Shown in pieces: positions 8,982 through 20,249 of a stretch of 56,181 nt of DNA. The notes beneath the pieces were generated by a model. That model was not told where the DNA came from. It did not search any database and saw only the letters and a program-made list of their open reading frames with translations. This DNA is from a virus (taxonomy: Duplodnaviria; Heunggongvirae; Uroviricota; Caudoviricetes): IMG/VR virus record IMGVR_UViG_2565956618_000007. One strand, written 5' to 3'. Position 1 is the stretch's first letter; each line of letters opens with the position of its first letter. The position numbers and the translations under genes were made by a program.

Positions 8982-10769
8982 TTAAGTCTGAGCCTCACTC
9001 TCTTGGCCATAAGTGGCTTGCCAGTATCTCGCCGTAGGGTTCATTAGAATGTGCAATACAAGCCACCATGCAAAAATGCAGGGAGGTTGATTGTAGTAAC
9101 CGGCAGGCACATATCCGTGAGCTAGTTGATTTCGTAAATCACCATAGATTTTATCTACCAGTAAGGCCTGAAGATTGCCAATTATGTCTACGCCGAAAGC
9201 TTCAATAATCAGTGGATTATCTAGTAATCCCTTGAGTCCATTTCGCTCTTGCGAACCGTCCCCGTGAAGCTGCGATGGTTCCTCACCTTTAATTTTAGCC
9301 ACATATCTCAGACTATTTTCGATCTGGGGAATCAACACGTGGCATGCCGTCATAAAATCTCCATTGAAACCGCAAACCATACCCTTGATGAAAAACTCTT
9401 CATGCCCAAACGGGATGAAGGGATGATTGATGAACATATCGCGAAAAAACGCCTCCGAGATTGGATATTTCATTGTGATCTCATCTGTAGCAGGAATAAT
9501 TTGCCCAGCTACTGCCAACTCATGGTCGATACGCATTCTCGTCATCATTATGGGCCAAATAACTGCCCCATTTGCATCATCAATCCCCAATCCTGCGGGT
9601 ATGCGAGCAAGTGTCATTCCCTCATGATCAATATGTGTTGATCCAAACATCCAAGCTATGCTGTTGGCCTTTTGTTCTATTGCTTGAGCCTTAAGTCTCT
9701 CAATGCTGGTTGGCCGACAGACCAGCATCGCAAGTCTGAAAACCATATCAAACAAATCTCTTCCGACTACCCGACTCTTGGCTTGATGGACAATCTCACT
9801 AATATCTTGAGGGGGAGACTGAAGGATAGACATCTGGTGACGGGATTCGATTTGGTAATCACGCATTTCTTCATACAGCGCAAGACGTTCTATTCGGGTT
9901 CCTGGAATATTAGCCAGTGCTTCAATAGCATTCTGCATGCAGGCTGCCGAAATCATACCGCCATCTTGGAATTTTGACTCTTCCAGATGTGTATCGGCAA
10001 GAAGCCGCCAGAATTCAAACTGTGTATCTCTGTCACAGCACCTATTCGCAATCGGGATTGCGGTTTTACAGGCATCGACGGCAAATGAAAATAATTTTTG
10101 AGCCAGATAGTTTTTTGTCAGAAACAGGAGTTCCTGGGCAATAAAAGATGGCTCACTCACTTTACAGTCGATATCGAGTTGCAGGAGTCGCAGCGGATAA
10201 GGTGAATCGCCTTGTTCTCTGGTACGTTCATACTCTGCTAGTAGATGTGCCGAAAGCTGATCAAATTCATCCCTGAAATCAGTATGCTTTCGAAAAAAAC
10301 AACACAGCCTAAGCGCACGCTCTAGGCGTTCTAAAGCACTAACCCACGTCCCTTGCGATGTCATAATAGCTATACTGGACGCATAATAAGCACGGACTGC
10401 CAGCAAAGGAAAACGGATTCCACCAATTTTACGAACCCAAAGTGTATCAGCAATACGAGCTTGAAGTTCGGGTAGCTCTATCGTCGGGCAAAATTGAGAA
10501 AGTACCTCCAGCGACAACCCGTTAATGTCATCCGGAATTGCAGATCTACCTTGGCTGCTTTGAAAGCACGGACCAAATGGTACCTGTGGATTTTCGGGAC
10601 GAAAGTGAAAACCGCAAATATGGGTTAGCAGTCTTATCTCCGCTCTTCCATCACCTAGGCTAGAAAGATACTTTGTGATATCAAAGCAGGTAACTGGCAG
10701 CTTACTCTGGATTAAGGGGGATAAATCAATAGTGTTAAGTTCGTCGAGGCTGATATTAATATCGTCCAT
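8982..10769 (-). CDS. Large hypothetical protein with C-terminal HEPN-like R-x4-H motif; candidate defence / abortive-infection moron
   Basis: 595-aa ORF on the strand opposite to flanking phage genes, in a visibly AT-richer segment flanked by long intergenic regions; C-terminal …DKIYGDLRNQLAHGY… fits the HEPN R-x4-6-H signature. Confidence 0.8.
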   Translation of the reverse strand: MDDINISLDELNTIDLSPLIQSKLPVTCFDITKYLSSLGDGRAEIRLLTHICGFHFRPENPQVPFGPCFQSSQGRSAIPDDINGLSLEVLSQFCPTIELPELQARIADTLWVRKIGGIRFPLLAVRAYYASSIAIMTSQGTWVSALERLERALRLCCFFRKHTDFRDEFDQLSAHLLAEYERTREQGDSPYPLRLLQLDIDCKVSEPSFIAQELLFLTKNYLAQKLFSFAVDACKTAIPIANRCCDRDTQFEFWRLLADTHLEESKFQDGGMISAACMQNAIEALANIPGTRIERLALYEEMRDYQIESRHQMSILQSPPQDISEIVHQAKSRVVGRDLFDMVFRLAMLVCRPTSIERLKAQAIEQKANSIAWMFGSTHIDHEGMTLARIPAGLGIDDANGAVIWPIMMTRMRIDHELAVAGQIIPATDEITMKYPISEAFFRDMFINHPFIPFGHEEFFIKGMVCGFNGDFMTACHVLIPQIENSLRYVAKIKGEEPSQLHGDGSQERNGLKGLLDNPLIIEAFGVDIIGNLQALLVDKIYGDLRNQLAHGYVPAGYYNQPPCIFAWWLVLHILMNPTARYWQATYGQESEAQT

Positions 10770-11279
10770 GTCGTCACCTTGATGATTTGTTAATGCGGGG
10801 GCAACATTAATAAATGTACTTGAGACCGCAATTTGTCGATGGAGCCAACATTTATAACTATGTGCTTCTACCCTCTGAATTTTTACATGTGAATTGCTAG
10901 CTTGAATAGCTCTATCATTATATACGTGGCACTAAATTATGGCTGTTTTTCGCTCAAAGCGGACTAGAAGGTTAGCTTGTGTCGGACTTTGCGTATTAAA
11001 AGAAGTGCTGGTGGTGACTAGTGGTTGTGCCCCATTTCCACAGAAAAAATCAGAGAAACTATACCCAATAGTTGTATTGAATCACTGACGAGACAGCCTC
11101 ATATTCATCAGGACTGGTCTACGTCCAATACAGGAGGTTGTGGTGCTGGTTCTCAAATGTGCGCTGGCTATTACGGCTGTAATGGCGATTTATTGTCTTG
11201 CTATTGTTCTTATGGATCGCCTTTCTGACTGATTTCACATTGGCGAGGTAACGGTAGTTAAGTAGAATGGCTGCGGGTG

Positions 11280-11400
11280 CTTGAGGCTATCTGCCTCGGG
11301 CATGAACACCAACGGCAGATAGAGAAAAGCCCCAGTTAACATTACGCGTCCTGCAAGACGCTTAACATTAATCTGAGGCCAATTTCATGCTAGACATATG
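11280..11400 (-). ncRNA. Expected location of a Sok-type antisense RNA for the hok locus (not demonstrated)
   Basis: By analogy with hok/sok loci the antisense RNA overlaps the leader/upstream in-frame extension of hok; no promoter or terminator confidently identified. Confidence 0.2.
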
Positions 11401-11443
11401 TAGGTTAGCCTCTTACGTGCCGAAAGGCAAGGAGAAGCAGGCT

Positions 11444-11599
11444 ATGAAGCAGCAAAAGGCGATGTTAATCGCCCTGATCGTCATCTGTTTAACCGTCATA
11501 GTGACGGCACTGGTAACGAGGAAAGACCTCTGCGAGGTACGAATCCGAACCGGCCAGACGGAGGTCGCTGTCTTCACAGCTTACGAACCTGAGGAGTAA
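11444..11599 (+). CDS. hokD: Hok/Gef-family type I toxin
   Basis: 51-aa peptide MKQQKAMLIALIVICLTVIVTALVTRKDLCEVRIRTGQTEVAVFTAYEPEE matches remembered HokD/RelF; ORF track shows an in-frame upstream extension from 11387 (mok-like). Confidence 0.85.
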   Translation: MKQQKAMLIALIVICLTVIVTALVTRKDLCEVRIRTGQTEVAVFTAYEPEE

Positions 11600-11667
11600 G
11601 AAACCCGGCGAGGGAGAAATCCCTCGCCACCTCTGATGTGGCAGGCATCCTCAACGCACCCGCACTT

Positions 11668-11698
11668 AACCCGCTTCGGCGGGTTTTTGTTTTTATTT
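11668..11698 (+). terminator. Intrinsic terminator downstream of hok
   Basis: GC stem CCCGC-TTCG-GCGGG followed by TTTTTGTTTTT. Confidence 0.6.
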
Positions 11699-11815
11699 TC
11701 AACGCGTTTGAAGTTCTGGACGGTGCCGGAATAGAATCAAAAATACTTAAGTAGCGCGCAGGGATAAGAGGGATGGTCCCTTAAAGGGGAGAGCTAATTA
11801 TCCGGAAGGATTCTG

Positions 11816-12067
11816 ATGATGAACATCGAAGAACTGCGTAAAATTTTTTGTGAAGATGGCCTCTATGCTGTGTGCGTTGAAAATGGAAATCTTGTTAGTC
11901 ATTACCGCATTATGTGTTTGCGAAAGAATGGGGCTGCGTTAATTAATTTTGTGGATGGTCGAGTGACAGACGGATTTATCTTGCGCGAAGGTGAGTTTGT
12001 CACTTCATTACAGGCACTGAAAGAGATCGGAATAAAAGCAGGCTTTTCAGCTTTTGCAGAAGAATAA
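11816..12067 (+). CDS. Small hypothetical protein (Rem-like position and size)
   Basis: 83-aa ORF with RBS AAGGA; position between hok and the DUF968-like gene matches Qin rem; no sequence-level recognition. Confidence 0.5.
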   Translation: MMNIEELRKIFCEDGLYAVCVENGNLVSHYRIMCLRKNGAALINFVDGRVTDGFILREGEFVTSLQALKEIGIKAGFSAFAEE

Positions 12068-12133
12068 ACTCATCTACAATCTTGCGCGGGGCTGAACTCC
12101 CGCTGAGTAACACCGTGCCACCGGAGAAAACCG

Positions 12134-12412
12134 ATGGCACGCAACGTAAAATATTACAATTCTGATAATTCGCCCGTTCTTGTCTGCACGCACGAGCGGT
12201 ATTCTCACGCATTCAAGTCTGAATGGTTCCAACACCCTCCATGCACTGAAGAGCAGGCTGAATGGATAATTCAGTGTTACCGCAGGCGCGGATACGAGGT
12301 TAAGAAAGCCCTTAGCCTCGACTACCGTCACTGGATAATCTCAGTCAGATTGCCTTACTCCGAACGCCCACCACGTGCGTCCCGCACTTTCCAGCAACGG
12401 ATCTGGAGGTAA
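12134..12412 (+). CDS. Hypothetical protein, translationally coupled to the downstream DUF968-like gene
   Basis: 92-aa ORF; its stop TAA overlaps the RBS GGAGG of the downstream GTG start at 12414. Confidence 0.5.
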   Translation: MARNVKYYNSDNSPVLVCTHERYSHAFKSEWFQHPPCTEEQAEWIIQCYRRRGYEVKKALSLDYRHWIISVRLPYSERPPRASRTFQQRIWR

Positions 12413-12413
12413 C

Positions 12414-13463
12414 GTGCGGGTATTACTTAGACCTGTTCTGGTGCCTGAGCTTGGGCTGGTGGTCCTTAAGCCGGGCCGTGAATCCATACAGATATTTCAT
12501 AATCCTCGAGTGCTGGTGGAACCGGAACCAAAAAGCATGCGTAATCTGCCATCCGGAGTCGTTCCTGCCGTTCGCCAGTCGCTGGCGGAAGACAAAACAT
12601 TGCTGCCGTTTTTTAGTAACGAACGGGTGATTCGTGCTGCTGGCGGTGTTGGCGCATTGTCTGACTGGCTATTACGTCATGTTACATCCTGCCAGTGGCC
12701 TAATGGCGATTACCATCACTCTGAAACAGTCATTCACCGTTATGGTACCGGCGCAATGGTGTTGTGTTGGCACTGCGACAACCAACTGCGTGACCAGACA
12801 TCGGAATCACTGGAGCTGCTTGCTCAACAAAATCTGACAGCATGGGTGATTGACGTCATCCGTCACGCAATAAGCGGTACGCAGGAGCGGGAATTATCTT
12901 TGGCTGAATTATCCTGGTGGGCGGTCTGCAATCAGGTGGTGGATGCACTACCTGAGGCTGTATCGCGTCGTTCGCTGGGATTACCAGCGGAAAAAATCTG
13001 CTCGGTGTACCGCGAAAGCGACATCGTACCGGGAGAGCAGACCGCCACCAGCATATTGAAACAACGCACAAAAAATCTTGCACCGTTGCCTTACGCCCAC
13101 CAGCAACAAAAAACACCACAGGAAAAGACGGTGGTAAGCATCACCGTTGATCCAGAGTCTCCGGAATCTTTCATGAAGCTGCCTAAACGTCGCCGCTGGG
13201 TTAAGGAGAAATACACACGTTGGGTTAAGACACAGCCGTGTGCTTGCTGCGGTATGCCAGCCGACGATCCGCATCATCTGATTGGTCACGGGCAGGGCGG
13301 AATGGGAACAAAAGCACATGATCTCTTTGTGTTGCCTTTGTGCAGAAAGCATCACAACGAGCTGCATACGGATACAGTGGCATTTGAAGAGAAGTATGGC
13401 TCCCAACTGGAGCTGATATTTCGTTTTATCGATCGCGCGCTGGCAATTGGCGTACTGGCGTAA
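12414..13463 (+). CDS. ydfU: DUF968-family phage protein (YdfU-like) with C-terminal Cys/His-rich HNH-like motif
   Basis: GTG start after RBS GGAGG; 349-aa product; C-terminus CACCGMPADDPHHLIGHG…CRKHHNELH; position upstream of Q as in Qin. Confidence 0.7.
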   Translation: MRVLLRPVLVPELGLVVLKPGRESIQIFHNPRVLVEPEPKSMRNLPSGVVPAVRQSLAEDKTLLPFFSNERVIRAAGGVGALSDWLLRHVTSCQWPNGDYHHSETVIHRYGTGAMVLCWHCDNQLRDQTSESLELLAQQNLTAWVIDVIRHAISGTQERELSLAELSWWAVCNQVVDALPEAVSRRSLGLPAEKICSVYRESDIVPGEQTATSILKQRTKNLAPLPYAHQQQKTPQEKTVVSITVDPESPESFMKLPKRRRWVKEKYTRWVKTQPCACCGMPADDPHHLIGHGQGGMGTKAHDLFVLPLCRKHHNELHTDTVAFEEKYGSQLELIFRFIDRALAIGVLA

Positions 13464-13476
13464 GTGGAGAACGAGC

Positions 13477-14229
13477 ATGAACCTTGAAGCCTTACCAAAA
13501 TATTACTCCCCAAAATCTCCAAAATTGAGCGATGACGCTCCAGCGACAGGCACCGGTTGTTTAACAATTACGGATGTAATGGCAGCGCAGGGGATGGTGC
13601 AGTCGAAAGCACCACTTGGGTTGGCCTTATTTCTGGCAAAAGTTGGTGTTCAGGACGCTCAGTTTGCGATTGAAGGCCTGCTAAATTACGCGATGGCACT
13701 GGATAACCCGACATTGAACAAATTGAGTGAAGAAATCCGGTTACAGATTATTCCTTACCTCGTGAATTTTGCCTTTGCTGATTACTCCAGGTCTGCGGCA
13801 AGTAAGGCTCGCTGTGAGCATTGTTCAGGTACGGGATTTTATAATGTATTGCGCGAAGTGGTGAAACACTACAGACGCGGGGAATCTGTAATCAAGGAAG
13901 AATGGGTGAAGGAACTATGTCAGCATTGCCATGGTAAGGGCGAAGTCAGCACAGCGTGCAGAGGGTGTAAGGGTAAAGGGATTGTTCTGGATGAAAAAAG
14001 AACCCGGTTTCATGGCGTACCGGTATATAAGATTTGTGGGCGTTGTAATGGAAACCGGTTTAGTCGTTTACCGACCACGCTGGCACGACGTCATGTCCAG
14101 AAGCTGGTACCAGACCTGACCGATTATCAGTGGTATAAGGGGTATGCGGACGTCATTGGTAAACTGGTAACAAAGTGCTGGCAGGAAGAAGCATACGCGG
14201 AAGCGCAATTGAGGAAGGTGACGAGATAA
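13477..14229 (+). CDS. quuQ: Late-gene antiterminator Q
   Basis: 250-aa product from MNLEALPK; paired Cys-x2-Cys motifs (CEHCSGTG…CQHCHGKG…CRGCKGKG…CGRCNG) typical of Q-family zinc fingers; followed by a short-transcript terminator. Confidence 0.8.
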   Translation: MNLEALPKYYSPKSPKLSDDAPATGTGCLTITDVMAAQGMVQSKAPLGLALFLAKVGVQDAQFAIEGLLNYAMALDNPTLNKLSEEIRLQIIPYLVNFAFADYSRSAASKARCEHCSGTGFYNVLREVVKHYRRGESVIKEEWVKELCQHCHGKGEVSTACRGCKGKGIVLDEKRTRFHGVPVYKICGRCNGNRFSRLPTTLARRHVQKLVPDLTDYQWYKGYADVIGKLVTKCWQEEAYAEAQLRKVTR

Positions 14230-14335
14230 ATGATTTTTGCTGAAGATGGCGACATGATGTTTGCATTTTTCAAAAAACATGGATAAGATTTTCTCAACGA
14301 TGGGCTTTGTGTATCCGACGTTTAGAAAAAAGTAG

Positions 14336-14362
14336 AAAACCCGCTTATAAGCGGGTTTTTGT
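14336..14362 (+). terminator. tR'-like intrinsic terminator downstream of Q (Q-antitermination target)
   Basis: Hairpin CCCGCTTATAAGCGGG followed by TTTTT about 110 bp after Q; matches lambdoid pR'-tR' architecture. Confidence 0.6.
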
Positions 14363-14904
14363 GCTTTAAATGGGGCAATAGAGATATTGAATCTCATCCC
14401 GGGATAAACATTGGCAGTTGAAGGTCCACGCGAACCATTTATCCAGCAAAATTCCACGCGTAATCCTGTGGTAATTTCTTCTGCATCTCGAAGATTGAGA
14501 GCTGAAACGTGAAGCTGGGCATCGATACGCCATCGGATGGGAATATAAGACCTTTGCTGCTTTTGTAGTCAAAGTTTTTGACAATTCCTGTCATTTTAGG
14601 GGACAGAAAAACTCCTTAATACTGATAACCTGGTGCACCATACACACGTTCCTGGAGAAAACTACTTTTTTGATAGGATTGAAGGTGGCTGGATGTCTAA
14701 AATAAACATTGCTTCATATGTTCAACTATGAGTTAATGACTGCGTCGGTTTGAAGAACAGACGATATACGAAGTAGTTTACTAAAGCAGTTCTCATTTCA
14801 GGTGTTATTCACTTATTCCTTCTTTGAGTCTCTCCAATTAAGTACGAAGTCGTTTCTGTTATGCAAACCATTTATGCCGAAAGGCTCAAGTTAAGGAATG
14901 TAGA

Positions 14905-15120
14905 ATGTCAAATAAAATGACTGGTTTAGTAAAATGGTTTAACGCTGATAAAGGTTTCGGCTTTATTTCTCCTGTTGATGGTAGTAAAGATGTGTTTGTG
15001 CATTTTTCTGCGATTCAGAATGATAATTATCGAACCTTATTTGAAGGTCAAAAGGTTACCTTCTCTATAGAGAGTGGTGCTAAAGGTCCTGCAGCAGCAA
15101 ATGTCATCATTACTGATTAA
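14905..15120 (+). CDS. cspB: Cold-shock protein CspB-like
   Basis: 71-aa product [21 protein letters not shown]… with RNP motifs; long upstream leader typical of csp genes. Confidence 0.9.
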   Translation: MSNKMTGLVKWFNADKGFGFISPVDGSKDVFVHFSAIQNDNYRTLFEGQKVTFSIESGAKGPAAANVIITD

Positions 15121-15401
15121 AATTCATCGCTCGTCTGTATACGATAACGAAGAAGGCTGATGCCTGAGTAGAGATACGGACAGAGTAGTGAATATTGGAT
15201 CTCTTTAATAAAAAGTAAGGAGGTCCAATACATGAAACAATGGCTAGTATATTTGGCAAAATCTTAATCAGGAAAAGTATGCTAACCATTGTGGTGAAGT
15301 GCAGGTTTGCTGCATGAATAGTTTCACAGCAGAAGCTAACTGCTGGCATCGCAAAACAAAGTGCGTAAGTGGATGACTCCCACAAAAAGCACCACAATCT
15401 C

Positions 15402-15426
15402 AAACCCGCTCAGGCGGGTTTTTTAT
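15402..15426 (+). terminator. Intrinsic terminator
   Basis: Hairpin CCCGCTCAGGCGGG followed by TTTTTTATT. Confidence 0.55.
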
Positions 15427-15483
15427 TATCTGCTTTAAATATATTATTAAAATATAAAAAATACTTGTTACTAATAAAATCAA

Positions 15484-15657
15484 TCAGGCTACAGCTTTAA
15501 GATTTGTCTGGAATACTTTGTTGCAATGAGGGCAGATCAAAAGGGCACCTTTTTGTACTCTTGAAAAACTGTGTTCTGACTCTTGGGTGCAGTTTGGGCA
15601 GGAACATTTGACGAGATAATTACGGCGTGATTTTGAGTCTTTACGTTCTGACATAGG
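15484..15657 (-). CDS. Small zinc-ribbon protein (two Cys-x2-Cys pairs)
   Basis: 57-aa product from internal Met (MSERKDSKSRRNYLVKCSCPNC…CPHCNK…) with RBS AGGAAAAG; the ORF-track start at 15705 lacks an RBS. Confidence 0.5.
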   Translation of the reverse strand, partial: PMSERKDSKSRRNYLVKCSCPNCTQESEHSFSRVQKGALLICPHCNKVFQTNLKAVA

Positions 15658-15874
15658 CTTTTCCTGTATAAATGGCCGTATACAGTACACTAAATATGAA
15701 AACATTTCTCGTATTATTATTTTATATATGACTTTCTTTCAAAATAATTACTCACATTTTTAATGTGTATGTTTCTTTAGCGCCGTTGAGAACAACGTGT
15801 GCTGTCAAAACTACCCCGTAGACTCCGATCTTTTTCAAACATATTGCACCATCCGTGTACATCGGGGTGAGGAT

Positions 15875-16090
15875 ATGAAATCAATGGATAAGTTAACAAC
15901 AGGTGTTGCCTATGGCACATCGGCGGGTAATGCTGGTTTCTGGGCATTACAGTTACTCGATAAAGTAACTCCGTCACAGTGGGCTGCAATCGGTGTGCTG
16001 GGTAGCCTGGTTTTTGGCCTGCTGACGTATCTGACAAATCTTTATTTCAAGATTAAAGAAGACAGGCGTAAGGCTGCGAGAGGAGAGTAA
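15875..16090 (+). CDS. essQ: Pinholin, S21-family (EssQ-like) with dual-start motif MKSM
   Basis: 71-aa product [18 protein letters not shown]…[11 protein letters not shown] closely resembles remembered phage 21 S pinholin; RBS GGGGTGAGGA; two Mets three codons apart. Confidence 0.85.
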   Translation: MKSMDKLTTGVAYGTSAGNAGFWALQLLDKVTPSQWAAIGVLGSLVFGLLTYLTNLYFKIKEDRRKAARGE

Positions 16091-16094
16091 TCCA

Positions 16095-16402
16095 ATGACT
16101 CAAGACTATGAACTGGTTGTGAAAGGAGTCCGTAATTTTGAGAATAAAGTTACGGTAACTGTAGCCTTACAGGACAAGGAACGCTTTGACGGTGAAATTT
16201 TTGACCTGGATGTCGCCATGGACCGTGTTGAAGGAGCTGCGCTGGAGTTTTATGAGGCAGCAGCCAGAAGGAGCGTCCGGCAAGTCTTCCTGGAAGTAGC
16301 AGAAAAATTGTCAGAAAAAGTTGAGTCTTATCTGCAGCATCAGTACTCCTTTAAGATTGAAAATCCTGCCAATAAGCACGAGCGTCCTCATCATAAATAT
16401 AT

Positions 16403-16406
<4 letters not shown>
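16095..16406 (+). CDS. ydfR: YdfR-like acidic protein between holin and endolysin
   Basis: 103-aa ORF 4 bp after the holin stop, overlapping the endolysin start; same size and position as Qin ydfR. Confidence 0.6.
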
Positions 16407-17430
<1,024 letters not shown>

Positions 17431-17792
17431 GGTAATATTAAATCGGAACATTTACATCGCGGAATGTAAAATTTAAATAAAAAGGACTCTTCCATGAGCC
17501 AAAATTCCTGAAATCTTAAGGGTAAGATAAAAGGTCTTAATCAGAATGACACGTTTTATTAATAAATAAAGCTATTCTTTCATTGCTGTGTTTTTCTTTA
17601 CAAAAGTAATCCTTGCTATGGGTGGTTAATCATGCGTTAATGGTGTTCTGGTTTGTTACAAATTTATCTGAAGCAGTCATTGTTATAATTTTATTATTTG
17701 TACCTCTTGAGATTTCCTTGTTGGTTTTTCTCTCTGATATTTTTTTTCGGACCATTCTGCCCAAGGGCTAATTTCTTCAAAAGGTAATAATT

Positions 17793-18005
17793 ATGTCTAA
17801 CAAAATGACTGGTTTAGTGAAATGGTTTAACCCTGAAAAAGGTTTTGGTTTCATCACGCCGAAAGATGGCAGCAAAGATGTGTTTGTCCATTTCTCAGCA
17901 ATTCAGAGCAACGATTTCAAAACATTAACTGAGAATCAGGAAGTTGAATTTGGTATTGAGAACGGACCTAAAGGTCCTGCCGCTGTTCATGTAGTGGCGC
18001 TTTGA
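17793..18005 (+). CDS. cspI: Cold-shock protein CspI-like
   Basis: 70-aa product [34 protein letters not shown]…; RBS AAGG upstream. Confidence 0.9.
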   Translation: MSNKMTGLVKWFNPEKGFGFITPKDGSKDVFVHFSAIQSNDFKTLTENQEVEFGIENGPKGPAAVHVVAL

Positions 18006-18208
18006 GGTAGACAATATTACAAACCATATTCACTTTAGATGCCCGTGTTGTCATGGTTCCCAGTATAGAACATCATCTTTTGATGTTTCTGACATGAATC
18101 CTTTCGGGGCAAAATGTATCTTTTGTAAATCAATGATGATTACATTTGATAATATTTCACAATACTTAAATGCCAGCCGTCTGTCGTTGGATTTAAAAAA
18201 GTGAAAAT

Positions 18209-18234
18209 GAAGGCTCCTTCGGGAGCTTTTTTGC
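18209..18234 (+). terminator. Intrinsic terminator downstream of cspI region
   Basis: Hairpin GCTCC-TTCG-GGAGC followed by TTTTTTG. Confidence 0.55.
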
Positions 18235-18276
18235 TTGGTATCTATTCGATGGATACTCACATACTACGGTAACATC

Positions 18277-18507
18277 ATGAAAAAAATCATAGTTTTTTTT
18301 AACTCTGAACCAGCAGTGGTAGTGCCAGCGATGACTGGAGTTAACACCATCATGCGTGAATATCCAAATGGCGAAAAAACACACCTTACTGTAATGGCCG
18401 CAGGGTTTCCATCTCTGACCGGAGATCATAAAGTCATTTATGTAGCCGCGGATCGACATGTTACTTCAGAAGAAATTCTGGAAGCAGCAATAAGGCTCTT
18501 GAGTTGA
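18277..18507 (+). CDS. Small hypothetical protein (YnfN-like position)
   Basis: 76-aa product from internal Met MKKIIVFF…; no family recognised. Confidence 0.5.
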   Translation: MKKIIVFFNSEPAVVVPAMTGVNTIMREYPNGEKTHLTVMAAGFPSLTGDHKVIYVAADRHVTSEEILEAAIRLLS

Positions 18508-18678
18508 TTTGATGCTATTGTATTGATAATTCAGGAAAATTCTCTTTGTCTGTTTGTGTAAAATTTAGACTATCGTATGTTGATTATTGCGATGTTTCAT
18601 CTTATCTTTTACACGTTTGCACCATATAATCGACTTACTGTGTAACTGGAAAGTCATAACAGACTAAAAGAGGAAATG

Positions 18679-18852
18679 ATGAATATTGAAAACTTAAAAA
18701 CAAAAGCAGAAGCAGATATTTCTGAATATATAACAAAAAAAATTATTGAACTTAAGAAAAAGACCGGGAAAGAAGTTACCAGTATTCAGTTTACCGCACG
18801 GGAAAAAATGACGGGTCTTGAAAGCTATGATGTCAAGATTAATTTAATCTGA
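18679..18852 (+). CDS. gnsB: GnsB-like small protein
   Basis: 57-aa ORF (below ORF-track cutoff) MNIENLKTKAEADISEYI…FTAREKMTGLESYDVKINLI with RBS AGAGGAA; C-terminal REKMTGLESYDVKI matches remembered GnsA/GnsB. Confidence 0.7.
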   Translation: MNIENLKTKAEADISEYITKKIIELKKKTGKEVTSIQFTAREKMTGLESYDVKINLI

Positions 18853-19003
18853 TGTATTCAATAATAAAATTTATCCATAAACCTCGTTTTTACGGGGTTT
18901 TGTTATATTTGAATGGTTCCGAATATCTAAATCACAATTGTTGATGGTTTTTATTAAACCAATGCAGTCCGGCTCAGGAGTGAGAGAAGCCGGACGTTAT
19001 GGT

Positions 19004-19414
19004 TTAGCGTGGTAAGATCTGTGTAGTTTTCTGGATGCTTTCAGTAAATAGTAATGAGTTATCAAAGGCATAGTAATATCTTTGGTGTTCCTGGATATTT
19101 GTAACCCATCGGAAAACTCCTGCTTTAGCAAGATTTTCCCTGTATTGTTGAAATGTGATTTCTTTTGATTTCAACTTATTATAGGAGGTCTCTATAAGAT
19201 GTTTGTTTCTGGAGAATTTAACATTTACAACCTTTTTGAGTCCTTTTACTAACACTATGTTGTCGTTTTCTAACACAATGTGAATATTATCTGTGGCTAA
19301 ATAGTAAATATAAAGTGAGACATTGTGACGTTTTAGCTCAGAATAAAATAATTCACAGTTTAAATCTTTACGCACTTGATCGAATATTTCTTTAAAAATG
19401 GCAGCCTGAGCCAT
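19004..19414 (-). CDS. ydfO: YdfO-like DUF1398 protein
   Basis: 136-aa product from [18 protein letters not shown]…; resembles remembered Qin YdfO; ORF track offers an upstream start at 19429. Confidence 0.7.
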   Translation of the reverse strand: MAQAAIFKEIFDQVRKDLNCELFYSELKRHNVSLYIYYLATDNIHIVLENDNIVLVKGLKKVVNVKFSRNKHLIETSYNKLKSKEITFQQYRENLAKAGVFRWVTNIQEHQRYYYAFDNSLLFTESIQKTTQILPR

Positions 19415-19714
19415 TGGTAAACCTTCCATGTGATACGATGGCGCGTAGTTAGCATTATCGTGTTTATTGTTTCAATCTGGTCTGACCTCTTTGTGTTTTG
19501 TTGATGATTTATGTCAAATATTAAGCCTGTTTTTGATGAATAGTGTTGATTGCGTAACAAAATTGAGCCTTGCTGGCATCCAGGAGGGATATGCAACCGA
19601 CAGATGTATGTAAGGTCGATGTACTCAAACTTTCATACTTTTCCTCTTTTATGCAGTAAGATTTGAAGTAATATTTTAACCGCTAGATGACGAGCAAACG
19701 CATGGAGCGACAAA

Positions 19715-19921
19715 ATGAATAAAGAACAATCTGCTGATGAACTCTCGTTGGATCTGATTCGTGTAAAAAATATGCTTAATAGCACCATTTCTATGAGTTA
19801 CCCGGATGTTGTAATTGCATGTATAGAACATCAGGTGTCTCTGGAAGCATTCAGGGCAATTGAGGCAGCGTTGGTGAAGCACGATAAGAATTCGAAGGAT
19901 TATTCCCTGGTGGTTGACTGA
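19715..19921 (+). CDS. Small hypothetical protein (YnfO-like position)
   Basis: 68-aa ORF upstream of the cos-like region. Confidence 0.5.
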   Translation: MNKEQSADELSLDLIRVKNMLNSTISMSYPDVVIACIEHQVSLEAFRAIEAALVKHDKNSKDYSLVVD

Positions 19922-20249
19922 GCACCATAACTGCTAATCATTCAAACTATTTCACCTGTGACAGAGTCAATATCGCATTCTGTCACTGTCAGGCTAATAC
20001 AGAGCTGCAATTCAACTACTGCAATGTCCTCGTAATTAGGTGAATTTACAATATCGTCCTGTTCGGATGCCTGTTGCATTGCTGAAGATGAGGCATTTAT
20101 GGTTCGCATATTTTCCCCTCATGCTCGTCAGTCCTGTGCGTAGGAAGAAACAGGACACTCACACTAATTTGTGTGGGCATGCTGTGATGTCCTTCTGAAT
20201 TATTCCTATGCCATTATGTAAAGCGCTGTATCAGATGCTCATCACGGCT

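Noticed and set aside
11025-11228. 67-aa Cys/Gly-rich ORF upstream of hok
   Set aside because: No RBS, low-complexity composition, and it sits in the hok leader/promoter region; a microcin-like peptide was considered but there is no supporting context (no immunity or export genes).
10770-11386. relB/relE antitoxin-toxin pair upstream of hok
   Set aside because: Expected from the remembered K-12 Qin layout but not present: no ORFs of appropriate size or sequence in this interval.
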